DNA of 54,994 nucleotides from Methanothermococcus sp. SCGC AD-155-E23 (GCA_019561615.1 JAHEQA010000032.1:1-54994); one strand, 5' to 3'. Numbered from the stretch's first letter, positions 13,379-24,755 are shown. Numbers and translations are program-made. Notes: generated by a model from the sequence alone, not told the origin.

Positions 13379-14239
13379 ATGAGAATGACAGTTAGATATC
13401 CTGCAGTTGCAGGTATGTTCTATCCTTCAGATCCTGATGAACTGATAGAGACTATAGAGTACTGCTACCTCCATGAGTTAGGTCCTGGTTCACTTCCAAC
13501 AGGTGGGGTCTTTAGGAGACCTGTAGGTCTTGTGTGTCCCCATGCAGGTTATATGTACTCTGGACCTGTTGCAGCCCACTCCTACAAGGCACTGTCCTCC
13601 AGGGTAGATGGGGAGGTTACAGCTGTAATCCTGGGACCTAACCATACAGGGTTAGGTTCAGGGGTTTCTATCATGAAGGGTATATGGAGGACACCCCTGG
13701 GGGATATGAAGACAGACGATCTCTTTGTGGATAGGCTGTGGAGGGAGTGTGACATTATAGACCTAGATGAAACTGCACATCTAAGGGAGCACTCCATTGA
13801 GGTTCAACTCCCCTTCCTCCAGCACCTAAGTATGTTATACCCTGTAAATTTCAAGCTGGTACCCATATGTATGATGATGCAGGACTATGAAACTGCAATA
13901 GAAGTTGGACATGCTATAGCAGATGTAGCCAGGGATTTAGATAGAAGGGTTGTAGTAGTGGCATCCACAGATTTTACCCACTATGAACCTCAGGATATTG
14001 CGGCAAAGAAGGATGCCCTGGCAATAAGGGCTATATTGAACATGGACGAGAGGGAACTTTACACCACCGTGGTAAACAACAACATAACTATGTGTGGTTA
14101 TGGACCTACAATGGCCATGATAAGGGCTATGAAGGAGCTTGGTGCAAGGGATGCAAGATTACTGGCCTACTCCACCTCTGGAGATATTACCAAGGATTAC
14201 TCCTCTGTTGTAGGGTACGCCTCCCTGATAGTGGAGTAA
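13379..14239 (+). CDS. MEMO1-family protein (AmmeMemoRadiSam protein B)
   Basis: [51 protein letters not shown]. Confidence 0.93.
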   Translation: MRMTVRYPAVAGMFYPSDPDELIETIEYCYLHELGPGSLPTGGVFRRPVGLVCPHAGYMYSGPVAAHSYKALSSRVDGEVTAVILGPNHTGLGSGVSIMKGIWRTPLGDMKTDDLFVDRLWRECDIIDLDETAHLREHSIEVQLPFLQHLSMLYPVNFKLVPICMMMQDYETAIEVGHAIADVARDLDRRVVVVASTDFTHYEPQDIAAKKDALAIRAILNMDERELYTTVVNNNITMCGYGPTMAMIRAMKELGARDARLLAYSTSGDITKDYSSVVGYASLIVE

Positions 14240-14255
14240 TGTTAAGGTAGATAGT

Positions 14256-15233
14256 ATGCTAATCAGACCTAGGAGACTTAGAAAAAACGAGAGGATAAGG
14301 GAGTTAGTTAGGGAGACCACCTTAACTAAGAAGGATCTTATAATGCCACTCTTTGTAGATGAGAGAATAGAGAGGGGGAAGAGGGAGATTTCCTCAATGC
14401 CTAACCAGTACAGGTTCAGTGTGGAGGCTGCCATCGAGGAGTGTAAGGAGATTGCAGACCTGGGCATCCCCGGCGTTATACTCTTTGGTATACCTAAGGA
14501 GAAAGACGAGTTTGGATCCTCTGCCTACAACAAAGAGGGTGTAATTCAAAGGACTATAAGGGGGATAAAGGAGGAGTTGGGAGATGAAATCCTTGTTATA
14601 GCAGATACCTGTCTATGTGGGTACACAACCCATGGACACTGTGGTATACTAAGGGATAACAAGGTCCTAAACGATGAAACCCTCAAGATCCTCTCTAAGA
14701 TAGCACTATCCTATGCGGAAAGTGGGGCAGATGTTGTTGCACCCTCTGATATGATGGATGGAAGGGTTAGAGCTATAAGGGAAACCCTGGAGGAGAACAA
14801 CTATAGCGATGTATGTATTATGAGTTATGGGGTAAAGTATGCCTCAGCATTCTATGGACCCTTCAGGGATGCTGCGGAAAGTGCTCCAAGATATGGTTTA
14901 AAGGATAGGAAAACCTACCAGATGGATCCTGGGAACTGGAGGGAGGCCTTGAAGGAGATAGAGTTGGATATAGAGGAAGGGGCAGATATGATACTGATAA
15001 AGCCTGGACTACCCTACCTAGATATTCTAAGGTTGGCCAGGGATAACTTCAAGGTGCCTATTGGAAGTTACTGTGTAAGTGGGGAGTACGCCATGGTGGA
15101 GGCTGCAGCCCAGAGGGGATGGATAGATAGAAGGGAGGCTATAATGGAGATACTTCTCTCTATAAAAAGGGCTGGAGCAGACTTCATAGTAACCTACTGG
15201 GCTAAGGAGGTCTGTGAGTACCTTAACTACTAA
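14256..15233 (+). CDS. hemB: Porphobilinogen synthase
   Basis: RPRRLR, Zn site [35 protein letters not shown]. Confidence 0.97.
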   Translation: MLIRPRRLRKNERIRELVRETTLTKKDLIMPLFVDERIERGKREISSMPNQYRFSVEAAIEECKEIADLGIPGVILFGIPKEKDEFGSSAYNKEGVIQRTIRGIKEELGDEILVIADTCLCGYTTHGHCGILRDNKVLNDETLKILSKIALSYAESGADVVAPSDMMDGRVRAIRETLEENNYSDVCIMSYGVKYASAFYGPFRDAAESAPRYGLKDRKTYQMDPGNWREALKEIELDIEEGADMILIKPGLPYLDILRLARDNFKVPIGSYCVSGEYAMVEAAAQRGWIDRREAIMEILLSIKRAGADFIVTYWAKEVCEYLNY

Positions 15234-15242
15234 GGTGGTCTC

Positions 15243-15935
15243 ATGTACAGGATGGTCAGGTCTATACTGGGGAGGAAAAGGGAGAGTAAAAATCCTATTA
15301 TCGCAGAGATAAAAGTATTCTCCCCTAAGTACGGTGATCTCCTTAGAGGTAGGGAGGAGATGGATATCCTGAGGATATACGAGGAGGCTGGAGTGGCAGG
15401 TATATCCTATATCACAGATAGAAAGTACTTCAGGGGGGATTTTAAAGTTTTTAAAAAGATATGTGCATCTACGGAACTCCCTGTCTTGAGAAAGGACTTC
15501 ATAACCTCAAAGGAGGAAATTGAGAGAACTGCAGAGGTAGGGGGAGGTGCAATCCTACTGATAGGGAGGTTACTAAGGGAGAGAACTGGGGAGTTCGTCG
15601 ACTACGCCTTGGAGCATGGATTGGATACCCTAGTTGAGGTTCACAGTATAGAGGAGATAGAGATAGCCAGGGAGACTAACACCACCATGATAGGGATAAA
15701 CAACAGGGACATCTCCAAGTTGGAACGTGACGACGGTAACGTATCCCTTACAGTGAAGTTGTCCAGATACCTTCCAAAGGGTGTGATCTCTGTCAGTGAA
15801 AGTGGCATCTCAACCTTAGAGGATCTAAGGGTAGCCCTAAGATACACCGATGCAGCCCTTATAGGCACCAGTTTTATGAAAGCTGAGGATACATTGAACT
15901 TTGTTAAAAGCTTTGTGGAGGCTAGGTTATGCTAG
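15243..15935 (+). CDS. trpC: Indole-3-glycerol-phosphate synthase
   Basis: IIAEIK..SP, PVLRKDF, VEVH, GINNRD, SESGI. Confidence 0.94.
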   Translation: MYRMVRSILGRKRESKNPIIAEIKVFSPKYGDLLRGREEMDILRIYEEAGVAGISYITDRKYFRGDFKVFKKICASTELPVLRKDFITSKEEIERTAEVGGGAILLIGRLLRERTGEFVDYALEHGLDTLVEVHSIEEIEIARETNTTMIGINNRDISKLERDDGNVSLTVKLSRYLPKGVISVSESGISTLEDLRVALRYTDAALIGTSFMKAEDTLNFVKSFVEARLC

Positions 15936-16912
15936 ATAAGATAGTGGAGGGTTACAACCTCACCTTTGAGGAGGCCTACAACCTCTTTAATCAGCTACTT
16001 GAGGAGAGTGATGTAAGGATAGGTGCCTACCTTACTGCACTTCAGACTAAGGGTGTTACTCCCCAGGAGATTGCAGGTTTTGCAAAGGCTATGAGGGATA
16101 GGGCTATAAAGGTGGATCTTGGCAGAGGTTTATTGGATACCTGTGGAACTGGGGGAGATAGAGCCTCCACTGTAAATGTTAGTACAGCTGTATCCATAAT
16201 ACTCTCAACATTTACGAAGGTTGCAAAACATGGGAATGTGTCTGTTACCTCTAAAAGTGGTTCTGCAGATGTACTAAGAGCTCTAGGAATTGAGATAGAT
16301 ATTCCACCGGAAAAGGCAAGAAAGATGATAGAGGAGACAAATTATGTTTTCCTCTTTGCTCCAAGATACCATCCAGCCCTGAAGAGGATCATGCCTGTTA
16401 GAAAGGAGTTAGGTATAAGGACTATATTCAATATCCTAGGTCCTTTAACAAACCCTGCAGAACCAGAGTACCAGGTAGTAGGTGTTAACACCCCAGATCT
16501 TGTGGAAAAGGTTGCAGAGGCCTTGAAGTTACTTGGAATTAAGAGGGCCCTTGTAGTCCATGGAGATGGTCTAGACGAGTTGAACCCAGGGGGTCCCTCA
16601 AAGGTATGTGAGATTAAAGGGAAAAAGATGGAGATGTACACCCTATATCCTGAAGACTTTGGGCTGGAGAGGACCAAGATAGTACCATGTAGTAGCCCTG
16701 AGGAGAGTGCAGAGAGGATACTTAAGGTATACTCTGGTGAAGTAAATGAGGATAGGAACTTTATAGTGTTAAATGCCTCTGCAGCCCTCTATATCTCTGG
16801 GATTGCGTCAGATTATCCAGAGGCTGTAGAGATGATAAACAATGTAATAGACAGTGGGAAGGTGCTTGAAAAGTTAGAGGAGATAAGGGGATTCTCAAAA
16901 GAATTAAAATGA
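15929..16912 (+). CDS. trpD: Anthranilate phosphoribosyltransferase
   Basis: DTCGTGGD, NVSTA, KHGN..SKSGSAD, FNILGPLTNP, GLDE. Confidence 0.96.
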   Translation: MLDKIVEGYNLTFEEAYNLFNQLLEESDVRIGAYLTALQTKGVTPQEIAGFAKAMRDRAIKVDLGRGLLDTCGTGGDRASTVNVSTAVSIILSTFTKVAKHGNVSVTSKSGSADVLRALGIEIDIPPEKARKMIEETNYVFLFAPRYHPALKRIMPVRKELGIRTIFNILGPLTNPAEPEYQVVGVNTPDLVEKVAEALKLLGIKRALVVHGDGLDELNPGGPSKVCEIKGKKMEMYTLYPEDFGLERTKIVPCSSPEESAERILKVYSGEVNEDRNFIVLNASAALYISGIASDYPEAVEMINNVIDSGKVLEKLEEIRGFSKELK

Positions 16913-16916
16913 TATT

Positions 16917-17687
16917 ATGTACCCTGAGTTAAGGGATCTTCTATTAAAAGCCTCCAGGAAAAACCTGGAGAGCCTCTACAGTAGTGGGGTGTTAAAACCT
17001 GAGATCTACAATAAGTTAAGTCTACTTCTATCACTTAGCAGGGATTTTGACAGTTTTCTCAAGTATATACTTGAGGAGGAGAGAGGGGAGGGGGAGAGGG
17101 CTGTTGTGGCATTTAGTGGAGGTGTGGACAGCACAGCATCTGCACTGATCTCCAGGAGGATCTTCCATGTAGTAGGGGTTACCATCTACTCACCAGATAT
17201 AATGGAGGAGGAAGATAAGAGGAGAATATCTCATCTTGTGAAGACCTTGGGAATAACCCATAGATTTATAGAGGTAGACCTTGAGGACATTAAATTAGCC
17301 ACCTTGGAGGGGAGGTATCATCCCTGTGGTAGGTGTCACAAAAGGATAGAAGAGAGTGTTATGAGGTACGCCAGGGAGGAGGGTATTAAATACGTGATAT
17401 ACGGGGATATGCTATCAACTGGCTATCTCTCTGTTGTAAAGGAGGGGGATATAATTAGGATAAATATGCCATCCTTTCTCTCTTTGACTAAGAATCAGTG
17501 TAGGGAGATACTGAAAAGTGTAGGTATAGAGATAAGGCAGAGGTATGGTTGTCCCCTCCTAAGGATTGCCCACAGGTATGAGAGGAATAAGAAGTTTACT
17601 ATCCAGAGGATTCTAAGGGAGGTTAGGGCCCAGGTAGTGGACAGTGAGGAGGGGTTGAGAAATATTATGGAGGTACTTCAACACTAG
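16917..17687 (+). CDS. PP-loop (adenine nucleotide alpha hydrolase) ATPase, COG1365-like
   Basis: AFSGGVDS PP-loop, HPCGRC and YGCPLL cysteine motifs. Confidence 0.8.
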   Translation: MYPELRDLLLKASRKNLESLYSSGVLKPEIYNKLSLLLSLSRDFDSFLKYILEEERGEGERAVVAFSGGVDSTASALISRRIFHVVGVTIYSPDIMEEEDKRRISHLVKTLGITHRFIEVDLEDIKLATLEGRYHPCGRCHKRIEESVMRYAREEGIKYVIYGDMLSTGYLSVVKEGDIIRINMPSFLSLTKNQCREILKSVGIEIRQRYGCPLLRIAHRYERNKKFTIQRILREVRAQVVDSEEGLRNIMEVLQH

Positions 17688-18664
17688 CCTATACCTATGG
17701 ACACTGTAACCCCTCTATTTTTAAACTTCCTAAGTAGAAGATCCACATCTTTGGGATGGATACCACCTCCCCTTAACTTAACCACACCTAGGATGGAGGC
17801 TGGCTCAGATACCCCATAGATCCCTAAACTTTTCAGTACAAAGGGTGACCTCTCTAGATCCTCTCTTACTCTATAGACCTCCATTATCTCCTCCCTTTTA
17901 AAAGTATAGAGTCTTCCCCTTAACTTCTCAACAGTCTCAAGTATACCCCTCTCCCCTCCCTTTATATCTACAGTTGCAAATCCATCTATCCTCCAGGTGG
18001 GAATATCCCTTATATATAGGGCCTTCTTAACTGCCCAATATACCTTCCAGGTTTCAACCCCCCTTCTACATCCTAGACCTACTACCACATACCTTCTAGG
18101 TAGTATTACATCCTCCACAACTACATAGTCTCTCTCGTGGTAGTGGACGTTGTAGGTGTTGTATATCCTTCTATCAATTACCTTCCAACTACTTGGTAGG
18201 TAGAGATCCACCTTCTCCTCTAAAACCTTTCTATTTATCCTAAGTATGTCCTCCTTTCTAGGGGTTTCCAAAAAATAGATCCTGGAGAGTTCATCGATAC
18301 CTACCTTACCATTAACATCAGTTGCCGTAGTTAGTACTGCCCTCCCCCTCAACTCCCCCTCTAACAACTTAGAGAAGTAGTTACCACCACCGAGATGGTT
18401 GGAGAGTAGTGGGATTATATATCTACCCCCTTCATCCACAACTATTACAAAGGGATCCCTTCTCTTATCCCCCTTTATCTCCTCTATATACTTCCTTATT
18501 ACAATGCCCACAGCCATTATAAAGATAAAACCCCTCTCCCCTCCCTCTATCTCGAAATCCCTTAGATGGTAGATAGAAAAGGGATATCTATAGTAGTTTA
18601 AGATATCCCCTATCTTACTTGCCAGCCTCCTTCCCCTCTCCGTGATATACACTATCTTTATCAT
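17684..18664 (-). CDS. cbiG: Cobalt-precorrin-5A hydrolase
   Basis: [47 protein letters not shown]. Confidence 0.92.
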   Translation of the reverse strand: MIKIVYITERGRRLASKIGDILNYYRYPFSIYHLRDFEIEGGERGFIFIMAVGIVIRKYIEEIKGDKRRDPFVIVVDEGGRYIIPLLSNHLGGGNYFSKLLEGELRGRAVLTTATDVNGKVGIDELSRIYFLETPRKEDILRINRKVLEEKVDLYLPSSWKVIDRRIYNTYNVHYHERDYVVVEDVILPRRYVVVGLGCRRGVETWKVYWAVKKALYIRDIPTWRIDGFATVDIKGGERGILETVEKLRGRLYTFKREEIMEVYRVREDLERSPFVLKSLGIYGVSEPASILGVVKLRGGGIHPKDVDLLLRKFKNRGVTVSIGIG

Positions 18665-19475
18665 TCTTTCCCTTACCTCTCAGGAGATTCCTGGCAACAT
18701 CCAGTATATTTTCCGAGATGACAAATTTACTGTTGTTCTTAAGTACTGTATTGGCCACCTCCAGGGCCTTGTAGAGTTGAGCCTCCTCTTTAAAGTACTT
18801 CTGTGCAGCCTCTGCAACTATCTTTATAGCCTTGGCATGTCCCTCGGCCTCGATCCTTAGACTCTCTGCAACACCCTCTGCCTTCAATATCTTACTCTGC
18901 TTCTCACCCTCTGCCTCGAGGATTGCAGCCCTCTTTAACCTCTCCGCCTTCATCTGTTGGGTCATAGCTTCTTTTATATCCTCTGGAGGCTCTATCTCTC
19001 TAAGCTCCACCTTCTCTACCTTAACACCCCAGGCATCTGTATCCCTATCCAAGGTCTCCAACAACTTTGAGTTTATATACTCCCTTTTATTCAGTACCTC
19101 GTCCAACTCCATACTTCCTATTATGGCCCTAAGTGTAGTCTGGGCAAGGTTTATTATGGCGTATTCGTAATCCTGAACCTCTAAAAGTGCCCTCTTCACA
19201 TCTACAACCCTGTAGTAGACTACGGCATCTATGGAAACTGTGGCGTTATCCTTTGTAATCATCTCCTGGGGTGGTATGTCTATAACCTTGGTCCTCATAT
19301 CCACCTTGACAGGGTACTCTATAAAGGGTATTATCAAATTCACCCCAGGACGTAGTAACCTGGATACCTTTCCCAACCTAAATACCAACCCAGACTCGTA
19401 CTGCTTTATAATAACAATAGACTTTATAACGATATACAAGACAATTAACCCTACAATTATCCAGAACCAGTTCAT
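18615..19475 (-). CDS. SPFH/band-7 (stomatin-like) membrane protein
   Basis: N-terminal [40 protein letters not shown] coiled coil. Confidence 0.93.
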   Translation of the reverse strand: MNWFWIIVGLIVLYIVIKSIVIIKQYESGLVFRLGKVSRLLRPGVNLIIPFIEYPVKVDMRTKVIDIPPQEMITKDNATVSIDAVVYYRVVDVKRALLEVQDYEYAIINLAQTTLRAIIGSMELDEVLNKREYINSKLLETLDRDTDAWGVKVEKVELREIEPPEDIKEAMTQQMKAERLKRAAILEAEGEKQSKILKAEGVAESLRIEAEGHAKAIKIVAEAAQKYFKEEAQLYKALEVANTVLKNNSKFVISENILDVARNLLRGKGKNDKDSVYHGEGKEAGK

Positions 19476-19506
19476 TGTATCACTTCAAACACATTTATAG
19501 GCAAAG

Positions 19507-19645
19507 TTATCTTATTATTCTAATAGCGCCTGTTGGACAGATATTTTCACAGATACCACAACCTATACAATGAACAATTATAATAACACCCTCCACATTT
19601 TTCGGCACCTATACATAAATCATAGTCTATTGTCACAGTAGGCAT
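19507..19645 (-). pseudogene. 2x[4Fe-4S] ferredoxin remnant with an internal deletion and frameshift (absent from the ORF track)
   Basis: Minus strand reads MPTVTIDYDLCIGAEKCGGCYYNC, then 4 nt, then out-of-frame CIGCGICENICPTGAIRIIR*. G-rich RBS upstream. Confidence 0.8.
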
Positions 19646-19728
19646 GATTAACCCCCCTATAAGTTTTAATTTTAATTAAATTTTTTCAAATTTTTATTCT
19701 TATCTATATCAGTTTCAGGGTGATCTCT

Positions 19729-20763
19729 ATGTACTGCTGTAAGGTGGATAGGAGGGAGGGTGAAAGGGTAAGAAGATACCTACTAGAGAGGGGGTTATTA
19801 AACAGGGACTACAAGATAAAGAGGGAGGGGAATTTCCTCTACATTCCCCTTGTGGATAAGCTGGAACCTATACTAGAGGAGGACCTAAGATCCCTAGTTG
19901 GTAGTGTAGAGTTTTTAGAGTTGGAGGATGAAGAGTTTCAGAGGAGGAGAAGTGGTAAGAAGGAGATGAGTTTTAGGGATTATCTCCTTAGTAACTTTAA
20001 AAAGGAGATTGAAAAGGGTTTAATATCCCTCTCCTACGATGTAATAGGGAGTATAGTCATACTACAGATATCTGAGGAGGTGGACGTGGACATCAGGAGG
20101 GAGATTGGGGAAAATGCCTTAAGGTTAATACCCTCTGTTAAAACTGTCTTCAGGAAGAAAGGGGGTATTGAGGGGGATTACAGGATACGTAAGTTGGAGC
20201 TGTTAGCTGGGGAGTACAACACCCTTACACTCTATAAGGAGAACAGTTACAGGTTGTGGGTGGATGTGGAGAAGGTGTACTTCTCCCCTCGTTTAGGCTG
20301 GGAGAGGAAGAGGATAATGGAGATGGTATCCCCAAGGGATGTTGTGGTGGATATGTTCTGTGGGGTAGGGCCCTTTTCCATAGCTTGTAGAAGGGCTAGA
20401 AAGATATACTCTATAGATATAAACCCCTATGCAATAGAGCTACTGAAGAAAAATATAGAGTTAAACAAGGTTAAAGACAAGATTGTCCCTATATGGGATG
20501 ACGTTAGAAATGTGGAGGTATCTGGGAATAGGGTGATTATGAACCTACCTAAGTACTCCCATAAGTTTATAGACAAGGCCTTGGACATTGTAGAGGATGG
20601 TGGAATTATCCACTACTACACCATAGATAAAGATTTTAAAGGTGCAGAGAGGGTATTTGAGTCTCGATGTGATTACGAGGTTTTAAGGAGGAGGGTTGTA
20701 AAGTCCTATGCTCCAAGGGAGTACGTTATCGTACTAGATGTAAAGGTTAAGAAGAGCACCTGA
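19729..20763 (+). CDS. trm5b: tRNA m1G37 methyltransferase Trm5b
   Basis: SYDVIG, ENSYRLWVDVEKVYFSPRL, DMFCGVGPF, DINP, MNLP. Confidence 0.9.
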   Translation: MYCCKVDRREGERVRRYLLERGLLNRDYKIKREGNFLYIPLVDKLEPILEEDLRSLVGSVEFLELEDEEFQRRRSGKKEMSFRDYLLSNFKKEIEKGLISLSYDVIGSIVILQISEEVDVDIRREIGENALRLIPSVKTVFRKKGGIEGDYRIRKLELLAGEYNTLTLYKENSYRLWVDVEKVYFSPRLGWERKRIMEMVSPRDVVVDMFCGVGPFSIACRRARKIYSIDINPYAIELLKKNIELNKVKDKIVPIWDDVRNVEVSGNRVIMNLPKYSHKFIDKALDIVEDGGIIHYYTIDKDFKGAERVFESRCDYEVLRRRVVKSYAPREYVIVLDVKVKKST

Positions 20764-20782
20764 TTATCTAAAAGGTGATTCC

Positions 20783-21994
20783 ATGTACTATCTGGTATTC
20801 ACATCCTACGGTGCATTCCTCCTGGAGTGCCAGGGAGAGCCAAGTCTAGAGAGTATAAAACACTACAGGATATTTCCTGAAGAGGAGATACCTAGGATTA
20901 TGTACCAACTTCGAAGGGGGAACCTTGAGATAGTGGAGAAGTTGAAGAAGGAGTGGAATCTCAAGGATGAAGAGGTTGTAGTAGAGTACCTGGAGGATGA
21001 ACCTACACCTGCAGGGAGGTTTATAAGGGCAAATATCTACAGCCTAGGTAAGAGGTACGGTGTCTTCAAGAGTTACCAGGAGTTTGTAGAGAAGACCAAT
21101 CTATGGGCAACTGAACTTACTAAACTCCTTATGAAGGAGGCCTCCGAGAGGAAGGACAAGTTGATAATCCAGGCTATAAGTGCACTGGAGGATCTAGATG
21201 AAACACTTAACCTCTTCTCCGAGAGGCTTAGGGAGTGGTACTCCCTCTACTTCCCAGAGATGGACAAGATCATAAAGAAACATGAGCTCTATGCAAGGCT
21301 AGTATCCCAGTTTTTAAAGAGGGAGAATTACACCAGGACTAAGTTGAAGGAGTTTCTACCTTCAAAAACGGCAAAGGTTCTATCTAAGGCGGCAAAGAAC
21401 TCCATGGGTGCAGAGTTATCTGAGGAGGACCTCTCCATCATAAAGGCATTTGCAGATGAGATCCTCTCCCTCTACAGCCTCAGGGATAAACTGGTGAAGT
21501 ATCTAGGGGAACTTATGGAGGAGACTGCACCTAATCTAACTAAGTTGGCAGGTCCCTCCCTAGGAGCGAGGCTTATAAGACTAACTGGTGGGTTGGAGAG
21601 GCTCTCAAAATTGCCAGCCTCCACTATCCAGGTTATTGGGGCGGAGAAGGCACTCTTTGCCCATCTGAGACTAGGTGCAGATCCTCCAAAACATGGGGTG
21701 ATATTCCAACATCCCCTTATTCAAGGTTCCCCCTGGTGGATAAGGGGAAAGGTGGCAAGGGCTCTAGCCTGTAAGTTGGCAATAGGTGTAAGGGCAGATG
21801 TCTTTGGAAACTATATAGCAGATGAGCTTCTTGAGGCCCTCAATAAAAGGGTTGAGGAGATAAAGAGGAAGTATCCAGAACCTAGGAAGAAGCCTTCAAA
21901 GAGGAAGAGGGAGAGAGGTAAGAAAAAGAAGGGAGGTAAAAAGAAGGGTAGGAAGGGAAAGAAGGTAATAGGAAAGACATCTTCAAAGTGGTGA
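20783..21994 (+). CDS. nop5: C/D-box RNP subunit Nop5 (Nop56/58)
   Basis: REWYSLYFPE, APNL, PASTIQVIGAEKALF, PKHGVIFQHP, Lys-rich tail. Confidence 0.95.
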   Translation: MYYLVFTSYGAFLLECQGEPSLESIKHYRIFPEEEIPRIMYQLRRGNLEIVEKLKKEWNLKDEEVVVEYLEDEPTPAGRFIRANIYSLGKRYGVFKSYQEFVEKTNLWATELTKLLMKEASERKDKLIIQAISALEDLDETLNLFSERLREWYSLYFPEMDKIIKKHELYARLVSQFLKRENYTRTKLKEFLPSKTAKVLSKAAKNSMGAELSEEDLSIIKAFADEILSLYSLRDKLVKYLGELMEETAPNLTKLAGPSLGARLIRLTGGLERLSKLPASTIQVIGAEKALFAHLRLGADPPKHGVIFQHPLIQGSPWWIRGKVARALACKLAIGVRADVFGNYIADELLEALNKRVEEIKRKYPEPRKKPSKRKRERGKKKKGGKKKGRKGKKVIGKTSSKW

Positions 21995-21998
21995 TAAC

Positions 21999-22679
21999 TT
22001 GAAGGTTAAGGAGATCTTCGAGAACGTATACGAGATAGACCTGGGAGATGGGGTTAGGAGGATAGGGACAAAGTCCCTAGTACCCTCTAAGAAAGTGTAT
22101 GGGGAGAAGATTGTAAAGATAGGTGATGTGGAGTACAGGATCTGGAATCCCAACAAGAGTAAGTTGGCAGCTGCCATATTAAAGGGACTTAAGGTTATGC
22201 CTATAAAGAGAGGTTCAAAGGTGCTCTACCTGGGGGCCTCGGCAGGTACTACACCTTCACATGTTGCAGATATTGTGGAGTATACCCCTGTGTACTCTGT
22301 GGAGTTCTCTCCCAGAATAATGAGGGAGTTCCTAGAGGTAAGTAAGGACAGGAAAAACCTTATACCTATACTGGGGGATGCCAACTTACCTAACACCTAC
22401 AGTAACATAGTTGAGATTGTAGATGTGATATACGAGGATGTGGCCCAGGCGAATCAGGCTGAGATACTTATTAAAAATGCTAGATGGTTCTTGAAGGAGG
22501 GGGGATACGGTATAATAGCTATAAAGGCTAGAAGTATAGATGTTGTAAAGGATCCCAAGGAGATATTCAGGGAACAGAGGGAGATACTAACAGAGGGTGG
22601 TTTTGAGATTGTGGATGAGGTGGATATTGAACCCTATGAGAAGGACCATGTGTTGATGGTAGGTATCTGGAAACCTTAG
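21999..22679 (+). CDS. flpA: Fibrillarin-like 2'-O-methyltransferase
   Basis: YRIWNPNKSKLAA, VLYLGASAGTTPSHVAD, EDVAQ, IKARSID. Confidence 0.96.
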   Translation: MKVKEIFENVYEIDLGDGVRRIGTKSLVPSKKVYGEKIVKIGDVEYRIWNPNKSKLAAAILKGLKVMPIKRGSKVLYLGASAGTTPSHVADIVEYTPVYSVEFSPRIMREFLEVSKDRKNLIPILGDANLPNTYSNIVEIVDVIYEDVAQANQAEILIKNARWFLKEGGYGIIAIKARSIDVVKDPKEIFREQREILTEGGFEIVDEVDIEPYEKDHVLMVGIWKP

Positions 22680-23342
22680 GTGGTGCCATTGAGATATGAC
22701 TTCCACACCCATACCATTTTCAGTGATGGAGAGTTACTACCCTCGGAACTTGTAAGGAGGGCAGCACTACTTGACCATGCTGCCCTGGCAATTACAGACC
22801 ATGGGGATGCAAGTAACTACAGGGATCTAATAGAGAGTATTACCCTGGTAAGGGAGGAGTTGAAGAGGTACTGGGATATAAGGGTTATAGTAGGTATTGA
22901 GCTTACCCATATCCCCCCTAAATCCATTCCAAAGATGGCCAGGAGGTGTAAGGATATAGGGGCGGAGATCGTTCTAGTCCATGGAGAAACTGTAGTGGAG
23001 CCAGTGGAGGAGGGGACAAACTACTACGCCTCCATCTCAGAGGATGTGGATATCCTGGCCCACCCTGGTCTAATAGACAGGGAAAGTGCAGAGCATATAA
23101 AGGAGAACAATATATTTTTGGAGATTACATCGAGAAAGGGTCACTCCCTTACAAATGGACATGTTATGAAAATTGCAAGGGATTACAACATCCCTGTCCT
23201 TATAAATACAGATACCCACAGCCCCTCAGATCTTATAGATATAGATTTTGCCAGGAAGGTAGGTTTAGGCTGTGGGATGAGTAGAAAGGAGTTGGAGAAG
23301 GCTTTAAATCACTACCCTAAAGATCTTTTAAAGAGGCTATAA
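22680..23342 (+). CDS. PHP-domain metal-dependent hydrolase (histidinol-phosphatase-like)
   Basis: DFHTHT..SDG, ITDH, ELTH, VHGET, LAHPG, NTDTH. Confidence 0.88.
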   Translation: MVPLRYDFHTHTIFSDGELLPSELVRRAALLDHAALAITDHGDASNYRDLIESITLVREELKRYWDIRVIVGIELTHIPPKSIPKMARRCKDIGAEIVLVHGETVVEPVEEGTNYYASISEDVDILAHPGLIDRESAEHIKENNIFLEITSRKGHSLTNGHVMKIARDYNIPVLINTDTHSPSDLIDIDFARKVGLGCGMSRKELEKALNHYPKDLLKRL

Positions 23343-23343
23343 C

Positions 23344-24648
23344 CTACCTGATATTCTTCTCATCCCTGAAAAACTCCCTTAGAAGTACAGTGGCGTAGCA
23401 ACCTCTCTCCAACTTAAACCTTAAAACTACTCCATCCTCCTCTGCCCAGTATTGAAAGTCGTAGACCTTTGTAATCAACTTCCTCCTAGTACCTGGAAAG
23501 TCTCCAAAGTCCTCTATATAGAAGGCCTTAAGGTCAATACCTTCCTCCTCTATAATCTCCCTCTCAATCTCCCCCTGGATACCTTCAGCCAGTCTACACC
23601 TTCTACCTAGGAGGGCTCCAGTGGGAATACCCCCATATAGGATATCCCCCTCCTGAGGTTCAAAACCGTACTGGAATCTCCTATTTATCATCTCGTTGAA
23701 GAGGTAGGACTGATAGGCGTTTATAAACATACACCTTAAGTGGGGAGGGAGGACCTTAAAACTCTTAATAAAGCTTCCTGTTTCCAGGTATTTCTTTAGC
23801 ATCTTCCTCTCGTAGTACAGTTCCCTTGGATACATCTTCAGAGCTCCCTTGAAGTCCCCCTCATCTACCAACCTCCTGGCCTCCCTTACCCTACCCTCCT
23901 CGAAAAGTGGAGTTCCACAGTAGGCGTAGAAGGCACCCTCAAAGTCCCTGTTGTATATAAGTTTTCCCACTATATGGGTTATAGGTCTATCTGTACCAAA
24001 CCTCTGGATACCGTAGTAGTTTAACATATAGTCTAACTTTACATCCTTCAAGATCTCCACAACCTCCTGGGGATCCCTGTCCTTCAACCTTACCTTTATG
24101 GTGAATCTGTTGCCCCAGAGGTCTCCCAACTTTAACTTCTTATTTGTCCTCTGGATATCCCTTATCCTTATACCCTTTATACTATCTTTTATGCTCTCAA
24201 GGGCCTCCACCTTTATTCCAAAACATCCTACCCTTTGAGTAGTTGCTGCATACTTATCCTTAGTTCCTGCAAAACCAAAGTTCTTCCTCTTTGCATTTGT
24301 CCTCCTTGCCAACTCCCCTATTGCATCTAAAGTACTCCAGTTTACCTTCTCCAGTGTAAAGTGTATAAAGGCTCCCTTCCAGTCTGGATCATCCTTGAAA
24401 ACTCCTAAGTCTTTTCCATACTCCAGAACTATACCTTCCTTGGTGATCTCCTCAACTATGAAGTCCTCAGGATACTTCTTGATAACACCAGGGATCTGAA
24501 GGTTTATAAAGTACTTGTCTAGATTAACCTTCATCTCCTCTATCAATCTCCTTATCTTCTTCTTCCTGTACTCCTTCTCTATCCTCCTACGATAATCCTC
24601 CAGGTTTTTCAGGGATTCCTCCTTTCTCCTGTAACCTAGAAGTTTCAT
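23344..24648 (-). CDS. truD: tRNA pseudouridine(13) synthase
   Basis: PEDFIVEE, FAGTKDK, GNRF, NYYGIQRFG, AYQSYLFN, GCYATVLLRE. Confidence 0.95.
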   Translation of the reverse strand: MKLLGYRRKEESLKNLEDYRRRIEKEYRKKKIRRLIEEMKVNLDKYFINLQIPGVIKKYPEDFIVEEITKEGIVLEYGKDLGVFKDDPDWKGAFIHFTLEKVNWSTLDAIGELARRTNAKRKNFGFAGTKDKYAATTQRVGCFGIKVEALESIKDSIKGIRIRDIQRTNKKLKLGDLWGNRFTIKVRLKDRDPQEVVEILKDVKLDYMLNYYGIQRFGTDRPITHIVGKLIYNRDFEGAFYAYCGTPLFEEGRVREARRLVDEGDFKGALKMYPRELYYERKMLKKYLETGSFIKSFKVLPPHLRCMFINAYQSYLFNEMINRRFQYGFEPQEGDILYGGIPTGALLGRRCRLAEGIQGEIEREIIEEEGIDLKAFYIEDFGDFPGTRRKLITKVYDFQYWAEEDGVVLRFKLERGCYATVLLREFFRDEKNIR

Positions 24649-24755
24649 AACTATCCCATCCCCTAGTTTTAAAGGGTATTACCTAGGGAGAGAGGGTATA
24701 AAAAAGTTTTTTATCTTAAATATAATTAGAATCATAACCCATTTCGGTGGTAAGG

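Noticed and set aside
18615-18664. 50-nt overlap of the SPFH gene with cbiG
   Set aside because: Probably a lost stop that adds a short non-conserved tail; both genes are otherwise intact.
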